Shown: positions 63,303-64,000 of the stretch, piece after piece
How the letters are laid out: each line of letters starts with the position of its first letter
Position numbering within the stretch: the stretch's first letter is position 1
Assembly (NCBI GenBank): GCA_036785375.1
Contig: JAWMAR010000108.1
Span: 2,294,001 to 2,358,000 of the forward strand
Direction: 5' to 3'
DNA from: Leucoraja ocellata
Taxonomy: Eukaryota
DNA: 64,000 nucleotides
Translations under genes and position numbers: made by a program
The notes under the pieces: generated by a model
The model's input: the letters and a program-made list of their open reading frames with translations, nothing else
What the model was told of the DNA's origin: nothing
Databases searched by the model: none

Positions 63303-63645
63303 TGAGAAACTGCAGATGCTGGTTTACACCAAAGATAGACACAAAATGCTGAACTGAGCGATGTTTAAGAAGGAACTGCAGATGCTGGAAAATCGAAGGT
63401 AGACAAAAATGCTGGAGGAACTCAGCGCGTGCGGTAGCATCTCTGGATAAAATGAATCGGTGAGGTTTCGGGTCGAGACACTTCTTCAGACACGTTTCGG
63501 GTTGAGATCTTTCTTTAGATTCACGTTTTGGGTCAAGACCCTACTCCAGTCTGAAGAAGGGTCTCGACCTGAAACGTCACTCATTCCTTTTATCCAGAGA
63601 TGCTGCTTGTCCTGCTGAGTTACTCCACCATTCTGTGTCTATTTT
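63303..63645. mobile_element. Compound palindromic Penelope-derived unit with tandem hammerhead cores
   Basis: Three minus-strand core copies at 63465-63542 (the third truncated) and one plus-strand core at 63551-63578. Confidence 0.75.
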
Positions 63646-64000
63646 AACACTAAAACCAAAACAGAGCTTCATTAAGGCAGATTACACCTAGGTCTGAACA
63701 ATCTGTTCTTTGCCCACTGCCAAGTCTATAGATGAGTGATAGGTGATAGAATCTATGCTTTGCAAGGCCTGTCGTTCACACACTGTGTGCGCACAGCCCT
63801 TGGATTACAAGGTGCATCAATGACACATATATAGGAGAAACTGCAGTGTCAGAATTTCAGGGCTTTGATTGTATTTCTTGGCTGAGGATGGGGAGAGGGG
63901 CTGGAAATACTCTGCAGGTCAGGCAGCATCTTCGGAGAGAGACGGAGCTAATGTGACATTTTATCTAAACCAGCACAGATCCTGTCCGACTTGCACAGCA

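Overview
Eukaryotic, repeat-saturated vertebrate DNA. It is almost certainly a cartilaginous fish (skate/ray-like), inferred from HE1-type V-SINEs, HER1/CR1 LINEs and Penelope remnants. There is no intact host CDS: nearly all ORFs in the track are transposon remnants or their antisense shadows. The window looks like intronic DNA of a large + strand gene, with one candidate exon pair at 30939-30972 and 31143-31239. Mobile content: about 17 HE1-like SINEs; many 5'-truncated CR1 copies in at least three tail-defined subfamilies; Rex1/Babar and L2 fragments; one complete but decayed Gypsy (Mag-like) provirus (47828-52086, 5-bp TSD, tRNA-Leu PBS); solo LTRs; three Harbinger-like MITE families sharing a terminal motif; two hAT MITEs; and a non-autonomous Helitron. 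The most notable signal is a dense family of short (about 90-350 bp) Penelope-derived units. They carry a minimal hammerhead-ribozyme core (CUGAAGA-stem II-GAAACGUC), are often palindromic, and have their own 14-15 bp target-site duplications. Also notable: young CR1 copies have inserted three times at the same nucleotide of HE1 SINEs. Two assembly gaps: 32391-32553 and 61674-61873. All coordinates and counts were read by eye, and fragment boundaries are approximate unless a TSD is quoted.
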